Below the pieces are notes generated by a model, which worked only from the letters and a program-made list of their open reading frames with translations, did no database searches and had not been told where the DNA came from. The position numbers and the translations under genes are program-made. Below, piece after piece: positions 63,644 through 64,000 of a stretch of 64,000 bases of DNA. The stretch lies in the NCBI GenBank assembly GCA_049472335.1, contig JBLIRO010000002.1, forward strand, positions 64,001-128,000, written 5' to 3'. The stretch comes from a bacterium (GTDB lineage Bacteria; SZUA-182; DTGQ01; JAFGSM01). Position 1 is the stretch's first letter. Every line of letters starts with the position of its first letter.

Positions 63644-64000
63644 TTAAAATATATAAGGGATAAAACGAGCAGTCTTTGAGCGATAGCTTTTATATTCGGG
63701 GAATATACTATCGAGGAGCATTTCCTCTTGAAGGGCTCGGTAGACTTGGCAAAAAATAAGAAGTAAAAACACTGCGAAGGTTGAAATCGAAGGCCGTACA
63801 AGAAAAATACCAAAATAGCTGACAATCTCGCCGGTATACAAAGGATGCCTTATTATCCTATATGGGCCGCTTTGGACCAAACCTCTTACTTGAGGGATAA
63901 TACTAAAGTTCCTGCCCAGAACGAAAAGTGAGTAGATTGAAAAAAACATGCCGAAAATCATTACAATATTTGCGATGATAAGTATAACCGGATTTTCTGA
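63644..64000 (-). CDS. Isoprenylcysteine carboxyl methyltransferase (ICMT/PEMT) family protein, 5' end outside the window
   Basis: LGRNFS..P..R.LV..GPYR.IRHPLY, EE..L...FPEY..Y......FIP; the frame stays open to the window edge. Confidence 0.85.
   Translation of the reverse strand, partial: SENPVILIIANIVMIFGMFFSIYSLFVLGRNFSIIPQVRGLVQSGPYRIIRHPLYTGEIVSYFGIFLVRPSISTFAVFLLLIFCQVYRALQEEMLLDSIFPEYKSYRSKTARFIPYIF

Noticed and set aside
55417..64000. Prophage or integrative element around radC
   Set aside because: No integrase, att site, tRNA, phage or conjugation genes are visible.

Overview
A bacterial chromosomal segment, moderately AT-rich. The gene content (PEP-CTERM protein, lipoproteins, an outer-membrane barrel, a Tat-exported selenocysteine formate dehydrogenase, hyp genes, and the ilv-psd-pssA-leu order) suggests an anaerobic diderm resembling Desulfobacterota or a related lineage; this taxonomy is inference only. 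1-24 kb is mostly housekeeping on the minus strand: hisI, rpsU-mutS2-dnaG, and a long ilvD-ilvB-ilvB-ilvN-ilvN-ilvC-psd-pssA-leuACD-(SEC-C gene)-leuB-asd run. 24-36 kb holds hypB/hypF/hypE around an AT-rich cohesin/PEP-CTERM gene, then fdnGHI with an in-frame UGA (Sec) and a SECIS-like hairpin. 36-45 kb holds tldD, the alternative aroA'/aroB' dehydroquinate route, and a tight four-gene operon: a large HPr-fusion protein, two divergent NDP kinases and a malic enzyme with an odd tail. That operon is my top candidate for an undescribed phospho-histidine system. 45-64 kb is more accessory: XRE regulator, two-component pair, citrate synthase with insertions, RadC, a nucleotidyltransferase-like gene, a 4x-repeat giant lipoprotein, an OMP and an AAA ATPase. 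Also notable are three dispersed secreted low-complexity proteins (Gly-Leu-Tyr-repeat or Pro/aromatic-rich), two inverted copies of a heptamer-repeat MITE-like element, and several structured intergenic elements. I found no rRNA, tRNA, CRISPR array or intact transposase.
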